A DNA stretch of 32,000 bases from an uncultured Chloroflexia bacterium (lineage in GTDB: Bacteria; Chloroflexota; Anaerolineae; Anaerolineales; Anaerolineaceae), in the NCBI GenBank assembly GCA_963704755.1, contig OY969938.1:240001-272000 (forward strand), in the 5' to 3' direction. Position numbers and translations under genes: made by a program. Under the pieces are notes generated by a model. The model was not told the DNA's origin, did no database searches, and saw only the letters and a list, made by a program, of their open reading frames with translations. Positions 1 to 8,243 of the stretch are shown here, in pieces. Numbering within the stretch: the first letter of the stretch is position 1; the number at the start of each line of letters is the position of its first letter.

Positions 1-384
1 CACAAATTGTGGAATGAAGATCCACGCCGGATGAGTGCCGTGGACGTGGCCAAAATAGCGGTTTACAATAACCAGGAATTGACCCGCTTGCAGTTTGGCG
101 GGGCACCGTTGGGTGTACTGGCGGTAGGGGCAGCAGCCGATTTGATTTTCGTCGATTATCACCCATTTACGGAATTAACCATCGATAACCTGCCCTGGCA
201 CATCGTCTTTGGCTTTCACGAATCAATGATCACCACGACTATTGTCGATGGCAAGATCCTGATGAAAGACCGCGAGATCCTCAGCCTGGATGTGGAAAAG
301 ATTTCGGCAGAGGCCAGAAAATTGTCCGCAAAGACCTGGCAAAGGTTTCAAGAATTAGCCGTTACTATTCGACCTAATGGGTAA
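1..384 (+). CDS. ssnA: Amidohydrolase-family protein, SsnA-like (putative aminohydrolase), C-terminal fragment; 5' end lies left of the window
   Basis: Frame 1 is open from base 1 (HKLWNED...) to TAA 382-384, so the listed M at 7 is not the true start. The tail ...AADLIFVDYHPFTELTIDNLPWHIVFGFHESMITTTIVDGKILMKDREI... has the layout of the C-terminal beta-sandwich of chlorohydrolase/SsnA-type metal-dependent amidohydrolases. The downstream context (ygfM/xdhD-like, yqeB, yqeC) matches the E. coli ssnA neighbourhood. The subfamily call is from recall, not a search. Confidence 0.55.
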   Translation, partial: HKLWNEDPRRMSAVDVAKIAVYNNQELTRLQFGGAPLGVLAVGAAADLIFVDYHPFTELTIDNLPWHIVFGFHESMITTTIVDGKILMKDREILSLDVEKISAEARKLSAKTWQRFQELAVTIRPNG

Positions 385-388
385 ATAT

Positions 389-441
389 CCCCAATTGGAT
401 AGGTTTGCGGGGCGTTTCCCCGCAAGCCTATCCAATTGGGG
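389..441 (+). terminator. Long near-perfect hairpin (24-bp stem, 5-nt loop) just after the ssnA-like stop; probable terminator/insulator
   Basis: Arms ccccaattggataggtttgcgggg (389-412) and ccccgcaagcctatccaattgggg (418-441) flank the loop cgttt. The arms are reverse complements except for one G:U position. No clear T-tract follows (cactcttt), so intrinsic termination is plausible but not certain. Confidence 0.5.
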
Positions 442-507
442 CACTCTTTAACCTGGGCTTGAGTGGTTACAATTATTTGTCTTTTAACTATAAGGAGAAG
501 AAATAGC

Positions 508-1185
508 ATGACCAATTTATCGACCCCAGTGATTGGAATAATTGGAGGTACCGGTAAAGAGGGGAAGGGTTTGGCTTACCGGTGGGCCAAAGCAGGTTTG
601 ACCGTGCTGATTGGCTCACGACAGCGCGAAAAAGCAGAGGCTGCGGCAAGCGAAGTGCGAGCCCTGGCACCTGGTGCGGGCTCGGTTAGCGGTATCACCA
701 ACGAGGAAGCCGCTGAAAAAGCTGAGATTGTGGTGATCACCGTGCCGTTCGCAGCGCATGTGCCCACATGCGAGGTGATCAAGCCTTTCGTCCAGGGCAA
801 GATCGTCATCGACGTCGTGGTACCGCTGGTGCCTCCGAAAGTTGCCAAAGTGCAAATGCCCGCCGAGGGCAGTGCGACCCGCCAGGCGCAGTTGATCCTG
901 GGGGAAGACGTGCAGGTAGTGGCGGCCTTCCAAAATATTTCCTACGATAACTTGCTGACCGGCGAAGAAGTGGATTGCGACGTGCTGGTCTGTGGCGGAA
1001 ACCGCGAGGCCCGCGAAAAGGTGGTCGAACTGGTCAACCTGGTTGGGCTGGTGGGCTGGAATGCCGGCCCGGTCGAGAACGCGGTGGTGGTCGAGGGGAT
1101 GACCTCGGTGCTGATAGGCTTAAATAAGCAATATGGGGTCAAAGCCAGCGGGATACGTATTACCGGGATAAATCGGGCAAAGTAA
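508..1185 (+). CDS. npdG: NADPH-dependent F420 reductase (F420H2:NADP+ oxidoreductase, Fno/NpdG family)
   Basis: ATG 508 has AGGAG at 493-497, whereas the ORF-track GTG at 463 has no RBS. The N-terminal Rossmann motif IGIIGGTGKEGKGLAYRWAKAGLTVLIGSRQREKAE and the overall ~225-aa length match Fno/NpdG as I recall it. cofE starts 5 bp downstream. Confidence 0.85.
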   Translation: MTNLSTPVIGIIGGTGKEGKGLAYRWAKAGLTVLIGSRQREKAEAAASEVRALAPGAGSVSGITNEEAAEKAEIVVITVPFAAHVPTCEVIKPFVQGKIVIDVVVPLVPPKVAKVQMPAEGSATRQAQLILGEDVQVVAAFQNISYDNLLTGEEVDCDVLVCGGNREAREKVVELVNLVGLVGWNAGPVENAVVVEGMTSVLIGLNKQYGVKASGIRITGINRAK

Positions 1186-1190
1186 ATGTT

Positions 1191-1961
1191 ATGGAACCGT
1201 TATTATTAACACCCATTCGTGACATTCCTTTGATCCAGCCAGGTGACAACCTGGCTGAGATCATTGGAGAAGCTCTTGACCGGGGTAGAATCGAAGTCAT
1301 GGATGGGGATATTCTGGTCCTGGCCCAGAAAATCGTTTCCAAGGCGGAGAACCGGTTGGTGAACCTGGATGAAGTCGAACCAGGAATTGAGGCAAAGCGC
1401 CTGGCAGAGATCACTGAAAAGGATCCACGTTTCATCGAGTTGGTCTTGCGGGAAAGCAAAACGGTGCTGCGGACCCGGCTGGGTACGATCATTGTCGAAC
1501 ACCGGCATGGTTTTGTCTGCGCCAACGCAGGTATCGACCACTCGAATGTACGCGGCCCGTACGGCGATCCCGAAAATTGGGTCTTGCTGCTCCCCGAAGA
1601 CCCCGACCGGTCGGCAGAGAATATTCGGCGGGGGATCGAGGCCAAAACCGGTGCCCGTATCGGGGTCGCGATCATCGATTCGCACGGGCGGGCCTGGCGA
1701 ATGGGAACGGTAGGCGTGACGATTGGCCTGTCCGGGATGCCCGGTCTGGTGGATCTGCGTGGGGTGGATGACCTGTTCGGCTACCAGCTCAGGATAACTC
1801 AAGTTGGGGCTGCCGATGAACTGGCTGCGGCCGCCTCGTTGGTGATGGGACAGGCCAGTGAACAGGTCCCGGTAGTCCATGTGCGCGGCTTCCCATACGC
1901 GTTACGGGAAGGCAGTTTCGCCGAATTACACAGGCCAGAAGAAATGGACATGTTCAGGTAA
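1191..1961 (+). CDS. cofE: Coenzyme F420-0:L-glutamate ligase (CofE type, stand-alone, no FbiB-like nitroreductase domain)
   Basis: The 256-aa ORF has CofE-like sequence (PGDNLAEII..., DGDILVLAQKIVSKAENRLV, FVCANAGIDHSN, IIDSHGRAWRMG). It is tightly linked to npdG (5-bp gap) and lies in a cluster with cofC. Confidence 0.85.
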   Translation: MEPLLLTPIRDIPLIQPGDNLAEIIGEALDRGRIEVMDGDILVLAQKIVSKAENRLVNLDEVEPGIEAKRLAEITEKDPRFIELVLRESKTVLRTRLGTIIVEHRHGFVCANAGIDHSNVRGPYGDPENWVLLLPEDPDRSAENIRRGIEAKTGARIGVAIIDSHGRAWRMGTVGVTIGLSGMPGLVDLRGVDDLFGYQLRITQVGAADELAAAASLVMGQASEQVPVVHVRGFPYALREGSFAELHRPEEMDMFR

Positions 1962-1967
1962 GGAATT

Positions 1968-2513
1968 ATGTATTCGATCATCTGCGACTTTGATCTGAAC
2001 TCGCAAGAACGCATCGTTGAAATTCGCGATGGTATTCGAGACCGTTGTCCGGGCGGCGCGTTCAAGACCGGGCTGGAGCCGCATATTTCTTTGCAAGGCG
2101 CAGATGATTACCCAATCGATATTGTCGAATCGGCTTTACGGGACGTCACCCGGAAATTTGCACCGGTCAAAGTATACGTGGGCGGCCTGGGGATTTTCAC
2201 CGGTGACGCCCCGGTGGTTTATCTGGCAATTGCTAAATCGCGAGCGTTGTACGAAGTCCACCGCACGGTTTGGGAAGCCTTGTCCGATCTGGGTCAGAAA
2301 GTCAACCCACTGTTTGGTCCGGCTACCTGGATTCCGCATATTTCCCTGTTCTATGGCAAAAAAAACGACTTACCCCAATTGTCATGCGTAATCGGGGCAT
2401 TGATGGAGCAAAATCTGAATTTCGAGATCATGATCGTTCAGTTATCCATCGTTTTCGATCGGGAAGGAAAACTGGGAATCAAATCCTCGTTTTCCTTTCA
2501 CGAAGAGGAGTGA
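1968..2513 (+). CDS. 2H phosphoesterase superfamily protein (LigT / 2'-5' RNA ligase-like cyclic phosphodiesterase fold)
   Basis: The 181-aa ORF carries two H-x-S-x motifs, both as PHISL (His39 and His124). That spacing is typical of LigT-like 2H enzymes. The gene starts 6 bp after the cofE stop. Confidence 0.65.
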   Translation: MYSIICDFDLNSQERIVEIRDGIRDRCPGGAFKTGLEPHISLQGADDYPIDIVESALRDVTRKFAPVKVYVGGLGIFTGDAPVVYLAIAKSRALYEVHRTVWEALSDLGQKVNPLFGPATWIPHISLFYGKKNDLPQLSCVIGALMEQNLNFEIMIVQLSIVFDREGKLGIKSSFSFHEEE

Positions 2514-2667
2514 CCATACGACACTGGCAGATTCTTGGATAGCTCTAAAAACCAGGAAGATTTGCGTAGAGTATAATTTTAGTAACGCCGAATTCAGAAA
2601 ACAGGAATGCCTCTAATGAGAAGAAGCGAGAGAAGTAGAAATTGATATTGGAGGTAAAAACAAACTC

Positions 2668-3285
2668 ATGGGACTTTGGGCAATCGTTCCAGTCAAACCA
2701 TTGAGAAGGGGCAGGTCGAGACTCTCTGCGGTCTTGTCCGAAGATGAACGTACCTTGTTGAACTTTACCATGCTAGGAAATACACTCAAGACCCTCTCCG
2801 AGGTTCCTGGGATTGAGCAGGTTTTGGTCGTAAGCCGGGATCCATCTGCGCTGGCGCTGGCCAGGGAATACCAGGCGCGAACAGTCCAGGAGGATGGCCA
2901 ACCGGATATCAACACGGCCCTGCAGCGGGCTACTGTGGTTGCTCAGCTTTACTCAGCACAGGAAATCTTGATCGTCCCGGCTGATTTGCCTTTGCTATCC
3001 AAAAAGGACATCGAAGAGATCATCAAAGCCGGGCAAGATAACCCTCCTGTGGTGGTGATTGCACCTGACCGCAGGAATAACAGCACAAACGCGTTGTATA
3101 TGAACCCGGCCGGCATCATCGATTACTGCTTCGGCCCCGATTCATTTCAGCAGCACCTTCAGAAGGCCCAGGAAAAAAATATCAACATAAAGATATGCCA
3201 GCTTTCCACCCTGGGGTTGGACCTGGACCTGCCGGAGGATCTCGAGTTACTCAAACAAGTGGAAGCGTTTCAATTAGAACCCTGA
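2668..3285 (+). CDS. cofC: 2-phospho-L-lactate / phosphoenolpyruvate guanylyltransferase (CofC/FbiD)
   Basis: The 205-aa ORF has GGAGG 8-12 nt upstream of its ATG. The N-terminus WAIVPVKPLRRGRSRLSAVLSEDERTLLNFTML and the ...LIVPADLPLL... motif are characteristic of CofC. Confidence 0.8.
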   Translation: MGLWAIVPVKPLRRGRSRLSAVLSEDERTLLNFTMLGNTLKTLSEVPGIEQVLVVSRDPSALALAREYQARTVQEDGQPDINTALQRATVVAQLYSAQEILIVPADLPLLSKKDIEEIIKAGQDNPPVVVIAPDRRNNSTNALYMNPAGIIDYCFGPDSFQQHLQKAQEKNINIKICQLSTLGLDLDLPEDLELLKQVEAFQLEP

Positions 3286-3378
3286 CCGTACCCGAATGGG
3301 TCTTCCAGATCGAAAACCTTTCTGGAAGAATTCCAAACCGTTACCACAGACCTATTATTACGCAATCCGGAGGACAAA

Positions 3379-4377
3379 ATGCCTGAAAGAGTCGCCTTAT
3401 ATTTACAAGATGCACACGATTTGAGAGATGGCCTGGATTATGTCCGCTATGCCGAGAAAAAGGGCTTCGAAGCCGTCTGGCAAGCCGAATCCCGGCTGGT
3501 CAGAGACGCGATCGTGCCGATGGCAGCTTACGCCGCAGTGACGGATAAGATTAAGGTTGGCTCGGGGGTAATCAACAACTGGACAAGAAATATTGGTTTG
3601 CTGGCATCCACCTTTTTGACCCTGGACGATCTGGCGCCGGGACGGATCATTTGCGGTATTGGCGCCTGGTGGGACCCGTTAGCGCGAAATGTGGGGATCG
3701 AACGGCGCAAACCGCTGCTGGCCATGAAAGAAACTATCACGGTCATGAAAAGGCTGTTGGCAATGGAGCGGGTCAGTTTCGACGGCGAATTCATCCACGT
3801 GAATGGCATCGAACTGGATGTGGTGCATGGAAGACGTGAGCCTCGGAACGTGCCCGTAATGATTGGGGCAACCGGCGACCAGATGATGGAAATGGCCGGT
3901 GAGATCGCCGATGGGGTCGTGATGAATTATTGCGTTCCACCCGAATATAATATCAAGGCGTTGGAACTGCTCGAAAAAGGGACGAAAAAAGCCGGTCGCA
4001 AATTCGATGACTTCGACCGTCCGCAACTGGTGGTCTGCTCAGTAGATGAGGATCACGACAAAGCGATTGATACGACACGGGAACTGCTGACGCAATACCT
4101 GGCCCAACAACCGCACATCGCCAAAGCTTCAGGTGTATCGATGGACATTGTGGCTCAGATCCAGTCTATCCTGGGCTGGCCGGCTACCCACGAGCAAATT
4201 CAGAAAGCCAAGTACCTGGTTCCGGACGACCTGGTTGACCGGATCACCGCATCGGGAACCCCCGCCGAAGCGCGCAAGAAAGTCGCCGAATATCGTAAAT
4301 ATGGCTGCACCTGCCCGATCCTTTATCCGGTCGGCGGCGATGTCAAACTGTTAATCGATACCTTCGCTCAGAATTGA
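3379..4377 (+). CDS. Luciferase-like monooxygenase (LLM) family oxidoreductase, Mer-like, probably F420-dependent
   Basis: The 332-aa ORF has a TIM-barrel LLM pattern ([12 protein letters not shown]..., [40 protein letters not shown]-terminal [21 protein letters not shown]). F420 dependence is inferred from similarity to the Mer/Adf/Fgd branch and from the adjacent F420 genes. Confidence 0.7.
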   Translation: MPERVALYLQDAHDLRDGLDYVRYAEKKGFEAVWQAESRLVRDAIVPMAAYAAVTDKIKVGSGVINNWTRNIGLLASTFLTLDDLAPGRIICGIGAWWDPLARNVGIERRKPLLAMKETITVMKRLLAMERVSFDGEFIHVNGIELDVVHGRREPRNVPVMIGATGDQMMEMAGEIADGVVMNYCVPPEYNIKALELLEKGTKKAGRKFDDFDRPQLVVCSVDEDHDKAIDTTRELLTQYLAQQPHIAKASGVSMDIVAQIQSILGWPATHEQIQKAKYLVPDDLVDRITASGTPAEARKKVAEYRKYGCTCPILYPVGGDVKLLIDTFAQN

Positions 4378-4415
4378 GCTTTTATACAGGAAAGTTGAAG
4401 CAGGAGGATAACGAA

Positions 4416-5195
4416 ATGATCAGTGCCTATTATCGGCCGAAATCCATCGACGAAGCCCTGGGCTTGCTTTCCGATCCTCAAAAACGTAACGTGCCGTTGG
4501 GTGGCGGAAGCGTCCTGGCCCGCCAGAAAGGCGAACAGATCGGGGTAGTGGATTTGCAGGCTTTGCCTTTGAATGAAATCAAACCGGCCGGTAATTTTAT
4601 GGAAGTCGGGGCAACCGCTACTTTACAAGACCTGTACGAATCCCTCGGGCTCCAGGACGATTTAAAAAGGGCAATTTACCACGAGACCAGTTTCAATACA
4701 CGCCAGAAGGCGACTGTCGCGGGAGCACTGGTCACGGCGGACGGGCGTTCGTCTCTTGCCAGTGCATTACTGGCATTGGATGCGGACCTGACCTGGCTGC
4801 CCGGGCCTAAATCGGTGACCTTAGGGAGTTATTACGGCCTGGGTGAAGGCGAAGGGGCTCTGATTACATCGGTACGCATTCCGCTTAATGTCAAATTGCG
4901 GGTGGACGGGGTCGGCAGGACTCCACTGGACCGGCCAGTGATCCTGGTGGCGGTGGCCCAATGGCCCGCCGGCCGGACTCGGATCGTCTTGGGCGGCTGG
5001 GGGAAACGTCCCACCCTGGCCCTGGATGGACCCGAGAGCAGCGGAATCGCGGAAGCGGTTCATAACGCTGCTTCTTCAGCCAGCGATGGGTTTGCCAGTA
5101 GTGAGTACCGGCTGAAGGCAGCCGAGAAAATCCTTCAACGCCTGATGAAAGACCTGGCTGAATCGGATGGTCGACCGGATGGAGAGGCGGTGTGA
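4416..5195 (+). CDS. Molybdenum hydroxylase FAD-binding (medium) subunit, YgfM/CoxM-like
   Basis: ATG 4416 is preceded by gcAGGAGGat. The ORF-track start at 4374 overlaps the LLM stop and adds 14 unlikely residues. The N-terminus ISAYYRPKSIDEALGLL...PLGGGSVL is the FAD_binding_5 signature of xanthine dehydrogenase/CO dehydrogenase medium subunits. At 259 aa it is about the length of E. coli YgfM. Confidence 0.8.
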   Translation: MISAYYRPKSIDEALGLLSDPQKRNVPLGGGSVLARQKGEQIGVVDLQALPLNEIKPAGNFMEVGATATLQDLYESLGLQDDLKRAIYHETSFNTRQKATVAGALVTADGRSSLASALLALDADLTWLPGPKSVTLGSYYGLGEGEGALITSVRIPLNVKLRVDGVGRTPLDRPVILVAVAQWPAGRTRIVLGGWGKRPTLALDGPESSGIAEAVHNAASSASDGFASSEYRLKAAEKILQRLMKDLAESDGRPDGEAV

Positions 5196-8100
5196 TGAAA
5201 ATCAATCTCAGCTTGAACCATGCTGAAGTCGAATGGGAAGTTGCGCCCGCAGACACCTTACTGGATGTATTACGGCAAAACGGGTATTTTGGGGTGAAGT
5301 TCGGCGGCTGTGAGAAAGGGGAATGCGGCGCCTGTACGGTATTGTTGGATGGCAGGCCGGTCAATTCCTGCTCGATGCTGGCTGCCCAGGCGGACGGGCA
5401 CGAGGTGGAAACGGTGGAGGCCATGGGCGAGCACCCTGACCAGGGCTGGAAAAAGACCGAAGGACTGCATGCGATCCAGCTTGCGCTGGTCGATAGTGGC
5501 GCGATCCAATGCGGGTACTGTACCCCGGCCTTCGCTCTAGCGGCAAAATCGCTGCTGGATGCCAACCCTGACCCGACCGAACCAGAGGTTCGCGAAGCGA
5601 TTTCGGGTGTTCTTTGCCGCTGCACCGGCTATTTAAAACCAGTGCAGGCGATTTTGCGCGCCGCCGCGATGTTACGCGGTGAAAATGTCGATGGATTTAA
5701 CGAGCCACGACCGGATATGCCGCCGATGGAGGGCTGGCCGGCCGGCAGCGTGAATGAAGAGAACCTGGGCGAACCCCTGGCACCTGCCGGAACGAACACG
5801 AGTGTGATGCCAAGGGTGACTGTTCCGATCAATATGGAACATCACTCGACCTCGCAGATTGGAAAGCCGGCCATCAAAGTGGATGCAGTCAAGCTGGTGC
5901 AAGGGAAACCAGCTTTTACGGCAGACATCGAGAAGCGCGGAATGTTGGTAGCCAAGGTGTTACACAGCCCGGTTGCACATGCCCACATCAAGAACATCGA
6001 TTTGAGCAAAGCGCGGGCCTTGCCTGGTGTGGCGGCGGTTCTTTGCTATCGCGACATCCCGCGGGTAGTTTATTCCACCGCCGGGCAGTCCGATCCCATT
6101 CCGGGCCCGTTGGATACCTTCTCGCTGGACGAAAAAATCCGCTTTGTCGGCGACCGGGTTGCCTTTGTAGCCGCGGAGACGGCGGAAATTGCCGAACAGG
6201 CCCTGAAACTCATCGATGTGGAATACGAAGAACTTCCGGCGATTATCGACCCGGCCGATGCGATGAAACCCGGTGCGATTATCATTCATGATGAACCCGA
6301 GTATGTAAATTTTGGTGATTCGGAGCCGGCCCAAAACGTGGCTGCGCGGATCAGAATCGATATCGGCGATGTAGAAAAAGGGTTTGCCGAAGCAGACCGT
6401 ATTTTCGAGGCGGATTACGAAGTGCCTAAGGTCCAGCAATCCTCGATTGAGCCGCACGTGGTGGTCACCTATTGGGATGAGGACGACCGCCTGGTCATCC
6501 GTACGAGCACCCAGGTGCCGTTCCATGCCCGGCGCATCCTGGCGCCGGTCCTGGGCTTACCCATCAAGCGCATCCGGGTGATCAAGCCGCGTATCGGCGG
6601 CGGATTTGGCGGCAAGCAAGAAGTCTTGATCGAGGACGTGGCGGCTCATTTGACGATCGCAACCGGGCGGCCGGTCATGTTCGAATATTCACGCGAAGAA
6701 GAATTCACGGCGGCCCGTTCGCGCCATCCCATGCGCCTGCACATGAAAACCGGCGTCAAACTGGATGGAACGATTACGGCCAATGAAATGTATGCCCTCT
6801 CGGACACCGGCGCTTATGGCTGCCACGGATTGACCGTCACCGGCAATACCGGGCACAAGGCGATGGCGCTGTACGTGGGTGATGGACCCTATCGCAAATC
6901 ACCAAACATCCGTTTTTATTCGGATATCGTGTACACCAACACGCCGCCGGCGGGGGCATATCGCGGCTACGGTGTTCCGCAGGGCTTCTGGCCGGTCGAG
7001 CGCCACATGGAAATGATCTGCCGCGAACTCGGCCTGGATGCGATTGATTTCCGGCTCAAGAACACCGTGCGAGCCGGCGAATTGCATCCTTTCAGCACTG
7101 CCTGGAGCGAAGGGCGCGAGCCGGTACCGGAAATCATTCAGACGGTTGGCCTGGAAGAATGCGTACGCCAGGGTAAAGCCGTTATCGGCTGGGACCAGAA
7201 ATACAAGAACCCGGATTGGCAAGTCGTTCCGGGAAAGCCCTACTTGCGTAAGGGAATTGGTATCGCGATGGTGATGCAGGGAACGGCTATCCCTTACCTG
7301 GATATGGGCGGTGCCAGTATCAAGATGAACGATGACGGCTCGTTCAATTTGCTGATCGGTGCGACCGACCTGGGCACCGGCTCGGACACAGTCCTGGCCC
7401 AGATGGCCGGGGAAGTGCTGGGTGTCCCGGTCGAAGATATCCTGGTGTATTCATCGGATACGGATTTCACTCCGTTCGACAAAGGTGCCTATGCCTCATC
7501 GACGACGTATATCTCCGGTGCAGCGGTAGTCCGGGCTGCCGAACAGGCCGCCGAGCGGATCAAGGCCCGGGCGGTCAAGATGTTCAACGCCCAGGATACG
7601 GGCACAGAGGTCCAGAGCGAGGACATTTTGCTGGAGGACCGGCACGCCATTGCGCCGGACCATCGCACGCTTAGCCTGGCAGAAATTGCGCTGAATTCGC
7701 TGCACCATACCGAACAGGAACAGATTATGGGGATCGGGTCGTTCTACTCGCCGGTATCACCACCGCCATTCGCGGCTCAATTCGCCGAAGTAACGGTGGA
7801 TGTCGAAACCGGCAAAGTGACGGTCGATCACCTGGTCATGGCGGTAGATTCCGGAATTATCGTCAATCCGCTGACGGCTTCTGGCCAAATCGAGGGCGGT
7901 ATGACCCAGGCGCTGGGTTATGCGGTCTGCGAAGAAATGGTGTATGATGAAAAAGGCCGGGCTCGTGAAAAAGATCTTGAGGATTACCACATTTTCCGGG
8001 CAGACGAAATGCCGGCTTTGGATACCATTTTCGTGCAGACCTTTGAGCCTTCTCATCCTTTTGGCGTCAAAGCCGTAGCCGAAATACCGATGGACGGTGT

Positions 8101-8200
8101 CGCTCCGGCGGTCGGGAACGCAATCCTGGATGCTTGCGGTGCGAGTGTTTACCACAACCCAACCACACCCGAAAGGGTTTGGCGCGCCTTACAGAAATAA
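5195..8200 (+). CDS. Molybdenum hydroxylase fused [2Fe-2S] + molybdopterin-binding subunit (XdhD-like architecture)
   Basis: Both Fe-S motifs are present in the N-terminus: CEKGECGACTVLLDGRPVNSC and IQCGYCTPAF...LCRCTGY. A ~60-aa Pro/Gly-rich linker follows, then the a/b-hammerhead (KVLHSPVAHAHIKNIDLSKARALPGVAAV), the Moco motif RIGGGFGGKQE and the active-site region AVAEIPMDG. The start is ATG 5195 (1-nt overlap with the upstream TGA) or GTG 5192. Confidence 0.9.
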   Translation: MKINLSLNHAEVEWEVAPADTLLDVLRQNGYFGVKFGGCEKGECGACTVLLDGRPVNSCSMLAAQADGHEVETVEAMGEHPDQGWKKTEGLHAIQLALVDSGAIQCGYCTPAFALAAKSLLDANPDPTEPEVREAISGVLCRCTGYLKPVQAILRAAAMLRGENVDGFNEPRPDMPPMEGWPAGSVNEENLGEPLAPAGTNTSVMPRVTVPINMEHHSTSQIGKPAIKVDAVKLVQGKPAFTADIEKRGMLVAKVLHSPVAHAHIKNIDLSKARALPGVAAVLCYRDIPRVVYSTAGQSDPIPGPLDTFSLDEKIRFVGDRVAFVAAETAEIAEQALKLIDVEYEELPAIIDPADAMKPGAIIIHDEPEYVNFGDSEPAQNVAARIRIDIGDVEKGFAEADRIFEADYEVPKVQQSSIEPHVVVTYWDEDDRLVIRTSTQVPFHARRILAPVLGLPIKRIRVIKPRIGGGFGGKQEVLIEDVAAHLTIATGRPVMFEYSREEEFTAARSRHPMRLHMKTGVKLDGTITANEMYALSDTGAYGCHGLTVTGNTGHKAMALYVGDGPYRKSPNIRFYSDIVYTNTPPAGAYRGYGVPQGFWPVERHMEMICRELGLDAIDFRLKNTVRAGELHPFSTAWSEGREPVPEIIQTVGLEECVRQGKAVIGWDQKYKNPDWQVVPGKPYLRKGIGIAMVMQGTAIPYLDMGGASIKMNDDGSFNLLIGATDLGTGSDTVLAQMAGEVLGVPVEDILVYSSDTDFTPFDKGAYASSTTYISGAAVVRAAEQAAERIKARAVKMFNAQDTGTEVQSEDILLEDRHAIAPDHRTLSLAEIALNSLHHTEQEQIMGIGSFYSPVSPPPFAAQFAEVTVDVETGKVTVDHLVMAVDSGIIVNPLTASGQIEGGMTQALGYAVCEEMVYDEKGRAREKDLEDYHIFRADEMPALDTIFVQTFEPSHPFGVKAVAEIPMDGVAPAVGNAILDACGASVYHNPTTPERVWRALQK

Positions 8201-8243
8201 CTAAAATATTGGTAACCTCATTGGAATGAGTTGAAAGGAAGAC

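Noticed and set aside
463-507. GTG-initiated 15-codon N-terminal extension of npdG given by the ORF track (MVTIICLLTIRRRNS...)
   Set aside because: ATG 508 has a well-spaced AGGAG (493-497), and the Rossmann GxGxxG motif begins a few residues after it. The extension would bury the RBS inside the coding sequence.
1206-1880. Long antisense or alternative-frame ORFs. Examples: 1160-1675(-), 1206-1880(-), 4891-5625(-), 5960-6526(-), 9086-9718(-), 9887-10360(-), 11841-12233(-), 13270-13719(-), 15182-15709(-), 20461-20979(+), 21871-22272(+), 24409-24975(+), 25069-25710(+), 28400-28816(-), 29532-30026(-), 31396-31878(-)
   Set aside because: All lie entirely inside genes with strong family signatures on the other strand or frame. 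Their translations are Arg/Pro/Gly/Ser-rich, low-complexity and without recognisable motifs. This is the usual shadow-ORF artefact of GC-rich coding DNA.
2572-2577. Consensus TATAAT hexamers at 2572-2577 (upstream of cofC) and 17145-17150 (30 nt upstream of the aminotransferase ATG) as promoter -10 boxes
   Set aside because: No acceptable -35 element lies at 16-19 bp spacing in either case, and the sigma-factor consensus of this organism is unknown. This is too weak to report as promoters.
3301-3329. 9-bp hairpin tcttccaga / tctggaaga with an 11-nt loop between cofC and the LLM gene (possible attenuator or terminator)
   Set aside because: The stem is short, no T-tract follows (attccaaacc), and nothing resembles a known riboswitch, including the Moco RNA motif, for which 93 nt is too short. 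It is noted but not called as a feature.
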